DNA of 64,000 bases from Hamiltosporidium tvaerminnensis FI-OER-3-3 (Eukaryota; Fungi; Microsporidia). The stretch is from assembly GCA_022605425.2 (NCBI GenBank), contig CM061250.1:372001-436000 (forward strand). The letters run 5' to 3'. A program made the translations under genes and the position numbers. Of the stretch, positions 51,602 through 64,000 are shown in pieces. How positions within the stretch are numbered: the first letter of the stretch is position 1; each line of letters starts with the position of its first letter. Under the pieces are notes generated by a model. That model was not told where the DNA came from and did not search any database. It worked only from the letters and a program-made list of their open reading frames with translations.

Positions 51602-52315
51602 ATTGTAACCCCGTAAATTTATGTTTATACTTATGATTTTCTACCTTCAATTTTTTTCTTATGTTATTGCTTTTATTAATATTTTTAAGATGTTCCTTTT
51701 AATAATTAATATTTTGTAAATGTAAAATTCTATTCTATAAAATTTAGAAAACTTCAGATTGCACAAGCCAATATATAAATTAGAAGATTTAAAACGGTAG
51801 CTCATATAACGTAAAAAAAACAAGACCTTATTGTTTTTTAGGCACTCTTAGGGTAAGATGATTAAAGTTTTAGTAAAAAACCGAACCAAATTTATGTAGC
51901 AATACAAGGATAGATTTTATTTGCGAATAATTTTTTTTAAAATTTCATAATTCCGCAAACTTATTAATGGGAAAATTACAATTTCTAGATTATGTATCTA
52001 TTATATAATTTAATTTTACATTTAGTTTTTCTTTTAGTAAATATATTTTCTACTTAAATGTATTTACTTTCTGTAATATTGAGCTAGAAAACCAAGGTAT
52101 TGCGGACAAACATTATAAATTGATAAATATAATGCTGCAAAAATTTTATATCCTAATTTCTTTGGATGACTTTCCGATAAACTGGTTACTTTTTTTATTT
52201 AAATTATCAATTTACTATAAATTCATACGATTTGTTGGCGTCTGTAGACTAATAATTTATATTTGGTTCGAACAAAAGAAAAATATTTTTTTTGTATAAT
52301 ATTTATCTTTTATAT

Positions 52316-52531
52316 CAGTGTATTTTAACCTTTTAAGTGAGCCGCACTCCTTTGAATCTGAAAATTGTTCCTGCACTCCCAATGAAAAAGTCTTTCGATT
52401 TTTTGTAAATTCTTTGTTTTATTTTGTTACAAAAAAACTATAATAAAAACTTTTGTATGCGCTTGAGCTTTTGATTAGGCCTTCTGCCGAACTCCAAAAT
52501 ACCTTCCCGAACCCCTGGTTAAGAACCGCTA
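52316..52531. mobile_element. degenerate hAT (Charlie/Buster-like) MITE
   Basis: Imperfect TIRs CAGTGTATTTTAACC / GGTTAAGAACCGCTA, subterminal CCGAACCCCT, and 8-bp TSD TTTTATAT / TTCTATAT with central TA. Confidence 0.55.
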
Positions 52532-55227
52532 TTCTATATCAAACCATTGATTACTTTAAACACAAATTATAATTATTTTCGATATTTTAAAATACTGATT
52601 TCAGAATATTAAGTAAGGATAAGGAGTTAACTATGGTTTAAAATTCTTAAGTTTAAAAATATGTTGGTTTTTGTTTGAAAAGAATCACATGAGATAGATT
52701 AGTTTAGATATCTTTTGATAAAATATTTGTTGTTTAATTCAAATGGTAATAAAGCCAATCTTTAATTCAAAATTCTTAAACAAAAAACATATAACAATGA
52801 AGCTAGGGTTTTTGTTAGATTTAACCAAAATTATTAATTCCAAAGATGCAAATTTTTATCATTGTGTATTCATAAGATTTCAATAGTGAATAGAGAACCA
52901 AAGACTAAAAACCAAAGTCATGAAAATAGACCTTTTCTTCTCATCACCGATCTGCAATATTTAATAACCTAACTTTCAGTTCCATAGTAATTCATTCAAT
53001 TTATACTTTACATTAAATGACGACGAAATTATAAAAATTGACATGGTTGTATTTGTGTTCAAGAAAATATACCCATAAAAAGACATGTTTATTTAAGATT
53101 TATACTATTATATTATTATATTAGGACCTAACCAATGAAATATTATATCATTGGTCTCATATGAGTCGTATGGATCACATCATGAAGTAATTCGATCGAA
53201 TATGAATTGTTCGTAACCTTTTTCGAGGTACATAGATAATGGTAGCCTTGATAGATACTGGCTCTATCTTTTAAATTATAGCCTTTAGTAACCCTTGTAT
53301 TTAAAGAGAGTTTTTTTTATAAAAGGGCTTTTTTATAGAATTTCTCTAGCTTAATTGGTTGTTTCTTTCTTGCAAAGTAAAGATTTACCAAAAATAGATA
53401 TTACATTATATGATGAAACCCAATGGCTCATTTTTATGTAGTAGAATACTGCAAAGCCGTTTTGCACACCCCTATGTACATTTTAAATAGATATAATATC
53501 TAAAACTGATTCTAGTTTTTTCACTTGGCATATCTTTAGGATTAATAATCTAATAATATAACGCCGATTAAACCCTGCATAGTATATTCCAGACAGTCAT
53601 TCTTTATACTATTGAAATCGGGATTGTATAGGACTTATTGACAATATTGCAATCTGGCGTATTCCCTTTAATTTATAAAGGTAGAATTAGAATGATTCAT
53701 TGGTAATATAAGATTAGCTCATTCTACAAAGTACCACCCAACGTAATTTTGGAAATTTCAACAGAAACAAAGAAAAAAACTACATCGAATTCGAAGTATT
53801 AAAAAATGTTACATTTAAATTGTCTTAATATATAAAAATCAATATTCATACATATATTTATTAACTCTGAAAAAATTTCTGGAAGATGCTGTAGAATTAG
53901 CAAAAAGTCGGAAACAACCCTTACATTTACCGTAGGCATAGTAGAAAAAAATACCCGATAAAAGTTCGTATATACACGTCCAAAATAAAATATTATTGTC
54001 AAGCTTTCGTAAAAAAACGAAAAACTACCCAAAAGGTAAAAAGCTAAGCTAATTAAAAATTAAAGGAACCTAGAACTAAGAGACTGGAGGTAGAGAATAG
54101 GAAAAATATTGCAACAATCCTTGAATGTTGTTTGGACTTTCGACGAGGGCCGGATAAAAACAAAATAGAGGGAAATATTTTGTATTTTTACCCTTAAGCA
54201 ACGACTTTTTTATAATAATCATATTTGAATATGATGCTTTCAAATAAATCTACATTATTTAATATCAAGTCAAAAAAAATATATTTATTCATTTTGAGTT
54301 CTACATCGAGGATTCCTATTAAAAAATTCGTAAAGATAATTGATGAACCGAAGCCCATTGTGTAAATAATGTTTTTTAGAATATATTTAAAATCACAAAC
54401 ATAAATTTTCAATTGTGTTTTTACTAATCTTTGATTCTTATACAAAACTTGTTAAAAAATTCAGCTAATCCTAAAGAAAATCTTGAGGCTTTCTAAATTT
54501 TGATAATATTAACGGTGTTTATCAGTTATACTATACCTCTCAGAAAGATAAAATTTAAATAGCATTTTTTAAACACCAAACATTCTAGTTGGAAAAATTT
54601 TCATATAAAACTTCTTTGTTATTCTCGAAATAGATTTAAATACCATTTTTACAACTAAGACAACCCTTATTATACTTTCTTCTGTCTATAACTGTTCCGT
54701 CTATTTCAAATATTTCTCCAGTTACACGCACTTTTTCAAAGGAATGAAGAAGTTTTTCCGTTTTAGCAATCTCGAGTCTTTAATAGAGTCTGCTATAGCG
54801 GCATTTGAAAACCCATGCATTTCTCAGAGAAATCATGCGTTGATTTAATCTGTACAGATAGACGAGATCAATTATACCATAAATTCCCATTTTTGAGTTT
54901 AAAATTCTATTCAAGAAATATAACGTATATTTCTAATCATAAAACGAACTCCGGAAACGAATCTTTTATTGAGAAAGAATTGTGCCGTCTAGAGTTTGAC
55001 TACAAAAATAAAATAATCTAGCCAAATCGTGTTGTTCTAATAGAAAATACTCCTTTAAGTCACTGTTGTTTTTTATTTGCATTTTGGGGTTTTGATAAAT
55101 AGCTCGCCACTGTTGACAAGTATCATATGAATAGAAAATTAAATTACTTTTAATTCAGAAAGATTTAATGCGGAATTTAAATATTTATTAAAATTGTACA
55201 TTTATTATCATATAATAGTTTATTGAA

Positions 55228-55929
55228 GGTGTAAAAATAACCACAAAAAACTTTCGTTTGACAACTAGTACATGAAACTATTAGTGAAATCCCCGTTTGG
55301 ATTTTTAATAGGAAATAAAAACACACACATTTTCGGTTGTTACATAGGAATTAATATGAAGAGGTTCACAAAATGGCAAAACTTTTCTTAAAAAATATTT
55401 TGGAGTTGTTATGTGACCACATTGCACCCCGCAGCCAAGCTTGTAAGCAATTAAATTGTAAAAGCATAGAAACCTGGCCATTTTCCCTCTCGTTAGAAGA
55501 CTTAACCACAAAGGTTTACAAAAATAAACTTTTTAAAGCATGTAAAACCAAGTAATAGGGTATACCTGTTAGTATGGCATTGCATTGTCTAGGTGTACCG
55601 CAATAAAGTGCCCGAGACGCATATTAGCTAGAAGTTAATTATGTTCTAAGGCTTAGAGTATGTGAGAATGCAGCATAGTCTTTGGGGTGCCCAGTAAGTG
55701 TTTTTTTCCTACGATACCAAACCACGCAACAAACCGTAACTAAATATAGGAAACAGCTTCACCTTTAATTGGGTTCTACCCACTTTTCAAAGAATAATCT
55801 TTAGAAAATAGGTAACGTAGAGTGTAGAGGGTGAATTTATTGATTTTAAACCTAAAACTGTTTCGATTTCATGAAAACAATATTAAACTTGCCCCGTTTT
55901 TTTTAAAATATGTGATGTTTTAAACCAAG
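55228..55929 (+). mobile_element. old, diverged copy G of the ~725-nt repeat
   Basis: Collinear landmarks retained: ATAACCAC, GTTTGGATTTT, GTTAGAAGACTTA, TATACCTGTT, GCATAGTCT, CATGAAAACAA, ACTTGCC and ATGTGAT. Confidence 0.8.
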
Positions 55930-58900
55930 ACTTATTGTTTTAATTCTATAGTTAAATATAAAAATAAAATAAATTTCGTCTGGCCTTCATTGAAAGTACA
56001 ATCCAAAATCGGCATATAAAGGTACACGTACACTAGTAAGAAAAAAAATAAGATTAATTTTTAAACTCTATCTGTATATAGATATTTCTTATATTTCCAA
56101 ATTCTTTATTGGAAATATTGTATTTTTTATATATTTAAGGGCTATAAACACTTAGATTTATAATCTTTGGTTGATATCTGAAAATGTAGAAAATAACTAT
56201 TACTAACTAGCTTGGCCAAAAAAATATTATATCTGCTTTAATATCATGTATAGTCATCCTTACCTCGAGAAACCACTTCAACTCAATCGAACATACTATG
56301 AACTAGCCGGCCGATGTTATATAGTCTATTGAATACCATATTGCATAAGTTTTACTTCTTTGATCTACCTCATAATTAATTGATATTTTTTCTTTTATTT
56401 TGCAATATAGACCTCACGTACTCAATCGTTTTAGATCTACTGATTAAGAAAACCAATCGAGTATTTTTTCTCAGACAAATCGCATTGTATAGGCAAACTT
56501 ATGGCAACCAGCGTCATCTTGTTTTTAGATAAATTCAAACTCAGGTCTCAGATGTAATGATGAGACGAATGAATTTTTAGCAAATAAATATTTATACACA
56601 ATACCGTCTGGATTTAAATATATTTAAGAGTCCGGATCCCCTGATATGATCATCTCGCTGTAAATTACACCTCAGATTCAAACTTTCTTGTTCTAAAGAT
56701 ATGTTCAGAGGCGAATATTGTCACGGATATTCACGAATTCTCTTACATCTGTGATTCCTATTAAAGTCAATACTACACTCATCACAAAATATTATGATGT
56801 AGAACCTTTTTTTAGTCATCTAATCCATTACTGAGCAATTTCATACCCTAAAAATAAATAGGTGTAAGTTTTAATTTCAGGGCCGAAAATCTATAGTGAA
56901 AACCTATATTTAAATATTTTTGCGACTTTTTTGCCAAGGAAAAATTACACCGTTGTTTCGTTTAGGCTATAAACGATCATTATAGAAGAAATTTTGTTAT
57001 TATTTATAACAAAATCTGTAAAATTCTCTTTGTTCGATTTATATGAAGCGGTTTTCTTCTAATCGTCGACTCTCTATACAGGACTTTTGTTTGTAAAGGT
57101 TTTTGCGATTTTGTATATTATTGAAAGAGATACACCTATAAGTATATTGATTTTTTAGGAGAATTCTCCTTCTCCCGAAGTTTTTGAACAAGAATTATTT
57201 TATCCTGTTGTGATTTAATTAGCATGATAAGAGTACTTCGATACTAACAATTTAATATTTCGATATATTGATTATCAGGTTTAAAAATTTTCCAAGTTTT
57301 TATAACTAAGATAGTTAGTAATTGTCATATTCCATTCTTTTGAACTTAAGATACAATTGTACTAGTAATTGCGGCAAAGGCATAAAGTGTAATTAAAAAC
57401 ACATTTTTTAAAAAGAAATTGAAAATTATAATAGAAATTTATAAAAATTTAGTTTAAAATTATTCCAATTTTTCTTGCCTCCCAAGTGTAGAGTATGAAG
57501 TTTTAGCATCAAATAAAAGTTATATCCAAAGGCTTCTTACAAGCTGCTATTGTATTCTTGTATGATTTATTTCAAATATCTTATCCGAGCTGAGTCGTTT
57601 TTTGTTGCGAAGACTGGTTATAAGCTATTCAATCGGTATCAACGTATCTAAATTATTTTTTTCTTTCTGTTCAATTGTCCGAGTTATGTTTTGCTTTACT
57701 TGCCTTGGTCTCTGCCGGCCAAATATTTGAATCTGGTGTTCATACCAGGTTTAAACCCTTTGAATTTCTAAAGCGCAAGAATATGTTTTGAAACATACAA
57801 TATGAAAAATGTAATCAATATCAAAAGTCTTTTTTTTATTAAAAAATTATCAAGTTGTATTGCTTAATTTCGATGCAAATGTTAAAAACCGGCTAAAATT
57901 GCAAATTTAATTCCTTTTGGTCTTGAAAATACATATATCTTACAGCGATAGTTAATTGTTTTTATGATACATATTAGTTGCTAAAAAAACCGCCCAATAA
58001 AATTATCGGCAATTTCTTCCGAACCTATTTTGCAAGATTATTTGGAATTAAACAAAATTTGAAATAATTTTTTTTAATTATTCAAGCTAAAACGCATTCT
58101 TTTATCTCTGTATAACGTACTTATTAAAATTTTTTTAAATATATAAATAACTTTTATCATTTTTTTAGATTTTAACACATTTTTTCCGTGTATTTCTTTA
58201 TACATCAAAATTTTAAATTGAATTAGGTCTTCGAACAGATATAAGCTATGATAAAAATTGGATAAAAAGCAAAGCAAGAACTGCACTAACATATGATAAG
58301 CTTATTTAACATATTTTCTGAATTTTTGTCTCTTTTGAAATATTATAAAAGTATTGTTATTTTTTAGAATAAATTCTAATTTTTTTCTTAATACATTTCT
58401 TGGTATGAAATTATAAACGTTGAAACCAAATAGCTTGTTATCGACACCTGAAGGAGCGAAATACTCGTGATTATCAAGACAAATTAGAGTTTACTCAAAT
58501 ATAGAAGAACAGAGTGTAACTCAAAATTGATCATAAGTCAGCGTTTTATTATGCTCATTTGAGCAATTATATCGAAGCTTTTACAAAATTATTGTTTAAA
58601 TTCTTCATAGGAGTTATAAAATCAATTTATTCAAAATATATGTATGTATATATTTTTTTGGAATGATTCTTTCTAAAAAAATATCTTAGAAAATCTTTTA
58701 TCAGAGTCCCTCGCAATAAAATCCAGTTATTTTCAATTAAATATGTTTTGTTTCTCGAATTTTCGTGCTTTATCTATAATTGAAATATGTGGTTTTGTAA
58801 TAATCACATAGTTAAGATAAACCATCTGTAACATTTATACGAACATGTTTTTATATCGATTTTTGCCTCACATTTCAAAAATCAAAATATATGTTGGCTT

Positions 58901-60401
58901 CGTAATCGAATGGGGACATCCAAATAAAGTATTTTACAGAAGTATTCTAATATTTTTTTGCAAAAGGAAGTGAAGGTGTCTGTCAGTCTCGAAACAAAAA
59001 ATATAATTTTTTTATATTTGTCAGACCTAATATTTTATTAAATAAAACGCCGCATAAATTGCTTTCCACTCAATTAAGACCAGTGCTAGCTTACCAAAAA
59101 TATTTCTAGGATTTTTGCTTGCCTTAATTTTTTATTAGATATTAATATGTTTTTAAGCGATTTCTCGCATTTATTTTTCAGTATTATTCATTTACTATGA
59201 AAGAACCGATGAAAGATGTAAAGAAAAATTTTCATTTTTATCAATCTAAACAAAAAAGTAAATTAATATAACACGGAATTTTAAAGGTTTTCCTATCAAC
59301 ATTGGGTTTAAGATATCAACTAACGAGCTGATTTGTTATAAAGTTACTCACAAGAGTAGAATTACAGAAACTGTAAAATTTATACTTTAAAGATACCCAA
59401 AAACTGATTTTGAAGAATAGTATATAGAATTATTTTATACTCTACTATCGTCTAATATATTTGTAGCGGCCTTTAAAGGTAGAACTGTCTTTATTTTACA
59501 CAAAGCATCTTCATTTTTTTTTATTTTCTATTCTAATTTAATTTATGTTAGATTTATTCGAGGTTCAAAGATTTATTTGCTAAGCGATTTCTTTTCTGTT
59601 ATAAAAAGAGTAAAAAATACTATCCCATTTTTGGTTTAAATATCACTTTATAGAGGGTTTGCATTTTTTTGTTTGAAATAGTATAATCATTAACAAAAAA
59701 AGATTAAAACTATAATGGAGCTTTAAATCAAGGTTATAAAAATATTAAAACAAGATGAATTATCCAAAAAAGTGGTAAAATGGAGCTTATCAAAAAAATT
59801 CTATAATGATGTTAAAATTTATTCTTAAATCTTTTTATCAATTAATCATTACACGTCTTGAAAAATGAAACCATGGTTACATAGAAGAGTTAAATTACAT
59901 ATGTTTAAGCCTATATAACTTGTTACATGATCGGGAAAATGTATATAAAATAAGAAACCCCTGAGATACATACGATATTTAGATTCAACAATTCAATAAT
60001 AAAAATTTTGGTAGAAATGACTATGATTGATAGCACGGGGAATAAATGTTAGAAGTTTGGTCCAAATATATATACACTCATTGGACTCAAATAATGAAAT
60101 CTGCACGCAAAAAGTAAATTGCTACTTATATTATCTAAAATTTTTCGCGATAAACATCACAATATATTAATTTCTATAATTAGTGATACAAATAAGATTC
60201 GCTTTCAATTAAATTGATTTATTCAGTATTTAAATATACGAAAATTAGAGGTTACACATAACAATTTTTCTTAGAATAAAATACGTTTTTTATTTAACAT
60301 TATAACTGCCAATATATAATAACCAAAAAGCTTAGTGCTCAAATAAAATATTCTATCAAAATTATTTAAATAAAATATAACAAAGAATAGGTATAAAAAT
60401 T

Positions 60402-62909
60402 CTATCCAAGTGTTTCTTCGTAAATAATTGAAATAGAATAATTACAAAATATCTCTCTTAAGATTTCTACAACCTGAACATCTTTAATAAACTGCTTTAG
60501 AACAAATTGAATTCGGAAATCCGAATAAATAGAATCGTACTTTATGATGTCTTTTTCTCGTCTATTAAATATTGTACGACAACTAATTTTGACTTCTGAT
60601 AAATCATGAAATTCCGCTAAAGCTACGACGTCATCAATAGAAATATCAGATGATGTAGAAACATGAAGAATATTCAATCTTTCGCCTAGCAAAGTTGATT
60701 TGCAGATATCACAATATTTACCCATGAAGCAAGAACCTTCAAGGCTAAATAACAAAGTAGAAAGTCTAAAACATTCGGAAATTCTTTTAAAATTTAAAAG
60801 AGTCAAGGAAGAGCTAATAATATTCAAGTATGATAGAGAATAGATCATTTTATCTGTAAGTATCAACCCTAGTAAACTACCTCTCATTTTAACCCCAAAT
60901 AAACTAAGAGCTTTTAAGTTTTTAAACATAGTAATGTATAAATAGTTTGATAAAAAAATATCATTGTATGATACATCCAAATGTGTCAAATTTTCATATA
61001 TTTTCGACTCCATCAATCCTGCCACATTCGAAGGTAGACTTTTTGATAAATTAAGACTCTTCAGATTATAAAAATTGCCTATAAAATTCAATGAGCTTAC
61101 TGTTAATTTACAGTCACTAAAATCCAAAGACTTAACTGATTTTATAAAGTTAGGAATTTCAAAAAAGAATGCTACGCTATCAAAATCAATTATTCTACGT
61201 AAACAAAGAGAACCCACAGAAACATCACTAGTAAATAGCGCTCTTAAATATTCATTTGGGATATATTGATCGTGTTCAAAATTTTTCCAATTTCTTTTTA
61301 CGCTCAATATTTGATCGAAGGATTCACATCCAGTAAATTCAAAAGAATTTAGCAATATATTTTCCAGTTTTGTAGAGTTTAATAGCAGCTGAACGAAACA
61401 TACAGGAAACTTGGATAAAGAAATATCTAAAAATTCTAAATTTTCAGTTAATCTAAAGTCACCCCTTTGATCCCTTTTGGGCTTCCAAATGGAATCTACA
61501 TCTAATGTACAATCTTTTAAAACTAAAACTTTTATTTTCGAATAAAGTATTCTTTCGATATCTTTCGTGTTCATTTTCAGTCCGGCGACTTTGAATGTAT
61601 TAGGTTCATACATTTTTGGCAAGAGTTCTGTTATTCTCTGGCTTTCGTCAACTACACAATAAGAAATTTCCAAATAAGATACGACCCCTCTTAGTATAAC
61701 AAGGTCTAGTAAATCAAAAGAAATATCTACATTTACAAACTTTAAATATTTAATCATTCTTATATTCGATCCAGTTAGATTTAGAAAAAAATCATCTGAT
61801 ATTTTTTTAAGTGAAACTATACATTTTTCAAAGCTTTCGGAGCAAACTAAACTACATACACTTGAAACTTTGAGTTCATTAAAAGTTAATTCGGTGTTAT
61901 CAATGTAAAAACCGGAAACCTTCGTTACGGCCAAAAGCCAATTAAATGCGGCCCATTCATTGGTCTTTAAACTTCTCAGAAGTAATTCGAGAGAACTCGA
62001 AGAAATTTTGAGAATAAGATTAGCAATATCAATTGAGTCTCTAAAACATTCATCAATATGTTGCTTTTTTTTCTCGAATAAGGACAATGTCGAGCTTTTG
62101 GGAATAAAACATGCATCAATCGAGTTGATCAAGGTACAGAAAAAATACATGAAGGGCCTAATTCTATGTTTCTCATCAAAAAGATTTTCTCTGTAATGCG
62201 CGGAATCTTCAAAAATTCTAACAGAGACTTTTTCCAACAGACACTCTCTGTATAAATGAGAATAAAATTGGTTCAGATATTCACTGCTAATCGGGTCTAG
62301 AACATCTAAAATTTTTAGAAACCTATAGAAATTTTCATATGTAAGATTTTGACGAGGTGTACCGGAATCGAAAGTTAGATGTTTAACAAAAATTTGAAAT
62401 TCTTGATAACTAACATTCAAAGAGTACTCGAATAAAAATGGATATTCTTCTAACTGCATATATACAAATCTATTTAATGAACGAAATTTTATTTTCCAGT
62501 TTTCTTTATAGTTCACTTCAAAAGAATGCAATGGCTGATGGTTTTGAGATGATCTTTCCAGCGAACAAGCAAAATCTGTGATACTTAAGCCACGGCATTT
62601 AATAACATGATTTCCGGGACAAAATGTAAAAGTTTCTTCCTCATTTGAACGTGATAACCAATATTTAATTTTTTTAATCTCAACTTTATCAATATCTTCT
62701 TTCCAATTTAAATCTATAAGTGCAAACGTTATTTTTCCATCTTTTGATTCACTCGTACAAATTACAAACTGCCAAAATCCAAGACATATAAACAATAAAA
62801 ATTTGACCCAATATAAAATTATCCAGTTTGAATTTGTCATATTTATACTATTGTTTAGGTTAGTCTCAGATCTAGTAATTTTTTGGATCGAAATAAATAA
62901 AAAATACAT
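60402..62909 (-). CDS. lineage-specific leucine-rich repeat protein, paralogue of 49067-51601
   Basis: Collinear throughout with shared DLNW, KYWLSRS, SFEVNYKE.WK, LDPISS and LVLK.CTLDVD. LRRs LKSLNLSKS and LTHLDVSYN. Confidence 0.88.
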   Translation of the reverse strand: MYFLFISIQKITRSETNLNNSINMTNSNWIILYWVKFLLFICLGFWQFVICTSESKDGKITFALIDLNWKEDIDKVEIKKIKYWLSRSNEEETFTFCPGNHVIKCRGLSITDFACSLERSSQNHQPLHSFEVNYKENWKIKFRSLNRFVYMQLEEYPFLFEYSLNVSYQEFQIFVKHLTFDSGTPRQNLTYENFYRFLKILDVLDPISSEYLNQFYSHLYRECLLEKVSVRIFEDSAHYRENLFDEKHRIRPFMYFFCTLINSIDACFIPKSSTLSLFEKKKQHIDECFRDSIDIANLILKISSSSLELLLRSLKTNEWAAFNWLLAVTKVSGFYIDNTELTFNELKVSSVCSLVCSESFEKCIVSLKKISDDFFLNLTGSNIRMIKYLKFVNVDISFDLLDLVILRGVVSYLEISYCVVDESQRITELLPKMYEPNTFKVAGLKMNTKDIERILYSKIKVLVLKDCTLDVDSIWKPKRDQRGDFRLTENLEFLDISLSKFPVCFVQLLLNSTKLENILLNSFEFTGCESFDQILSVKRNWKNFEHDQYIPNEYLRALFTSDVSVGSLCLRRIIDFDSVAFFFEIPNFIKSVKSLDFSDCKLTVSSLNFIGNFYNLKSLNLSKSLPSNVAGLMESKIYENLTHLDVSYNDIFLSNYLYITMFKNLKALSLFGVKMRGSLLGLILTDKMIYSLSYLNIISSSLTLLNFKRISECFRLSTLLFSLEGSCFMGKYCDICKSTLLGERLNILHVSTSSDISIDDVVALAEFHDLSEVKISCRTIFNRREKDIIKYDSIYSDFRIQFVLKQFIKDVQVVEILREIFCNYSISIIYEETLG

Positions 62910-64000
62910 GGAGAAGAATTTCTATTACATTAAATATTTTTTTTCTTTTTATCTTATAATCAAAACTAAGAATTAACTGATAAAAATATTTTTAGGAACT
63001 AATATAAATAATGTTCGTAATAGTTCTGTCAAGAAAATTCTAGGCTTTTTATAAATATTTGATTAATATTAAAAAGATCAATATTTTACATTTATATTTT
63101 TTCATTTTTTATAAATTATTTTCTTCATAAAAACTCCCCGGATTTGTTTAAATTTCTCTAAAATTTAGAGTTTATTATAGAAAATTATCAAATAAGTTTT
63201 AAGATTGGTATTTTCTGTAATAAACTTACTATACCTCATTTAATAACAAAGCCGTTTTTCTGAGATTATAAATGAGGTTAATTTTAATACATAATCTAAG
63301 TTTTCTATTACAAAATTTGAATTTATTAAATATTTTTTACTTCGTAATACATGGTTTAAACGATATTGTAGCTAGCTAACGATCAACAAGTTAAATATGA
63401 TGTGTCAGCTATAAAAGCACAAATTTCGCGAACTTTGTTCTAATATAATATTTACACCACTTAGATTATTCTACATTAAAGGTGAACACAGCTTTAAGCT
63501 GCTGCGAAAAATATATTAAATATTTTAGGAAATTTTATCTAGAATGTATGTACAAATATGTTTAAAATGAATTTATGTATCATTGGGCTTAAAAGAACCA
63601 GGATAAATATTGTATCCCAAGAATTACAACAATAGTGGCCAAAGCTTTTAGCCCGAGAGTGATACTATTCTATAAAAGGTCTCGAGGACTAAAAACCAAA
63701 TATATTTTATACGAAAAAACGTGAAAAAAAGCTTACTTCAATGTTTATTAATGATATTTTTTGATAAAATGTTTTGAGTTTAATACAGACGACATACAAA
63801 AAAATAATAATATTTATTTTAGATAAATTTTTACAATAACTATTTCAAAATCAAATTAATAATCTTGAATAAAAAGTAAAAAATAAATAGATGATGAATT
63901 ATAATGTAAAAAAAACTCTAAATCGAAAAGTGGCGATTCAAAAATCTTATCATTTCATCAGACACACATAATGCACTTCAGTTTCAAAGATTATTTTTTA

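Noticed and set aside
49114-62196. Short antisense ORFs within the LRR genes (likewise those over ERG8, the RRM gene and the transposases)
   Set aside because: Shadow ORFs on the opposite strand of real coding sequence.

Overview
Very AT-rich, gene-poor eukaryotic DNA that reads as a large-genome microsporidian, probably Hamiltosporidium-like. This is an inference from intronless genes, CCC motifs just upstream of ATGs, an ERG8-type kinase, lineage-specific LRR paralogues and a heavy transposon load. Only five ORFs are intact: phosphomevalonate kinase, a PABP2-like RRM protein, two ~840-aa LRR paralogues and a DD34E Tc1/IS630 transposase. The rest is mobile DNA: two decayed DD39D plant-type mariners, a decayed second Tc1 copy, a full-length decayed RTE LINE, a 5'-truncated RLE-type LINE, a mini-RTE and a hAT MITE. 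Two results stand out. (1) A ~725-nt non-coding repeat occurs in 7 copies and shows retroposition hallmarks (9-15 bp TSDs, a 5'-truncated copy, an AATAAA/A tail). It has no tRNA head and has potential for an end-to-end closed, pseudoknotted RNA fold with group-I-intron-like words. (2) A recognisable twister self-cleaving ribozyme has its predicted cleavage site at the 5' boundary of the RTE LINE. All analysis was by eye; no searches or folding programs were run.
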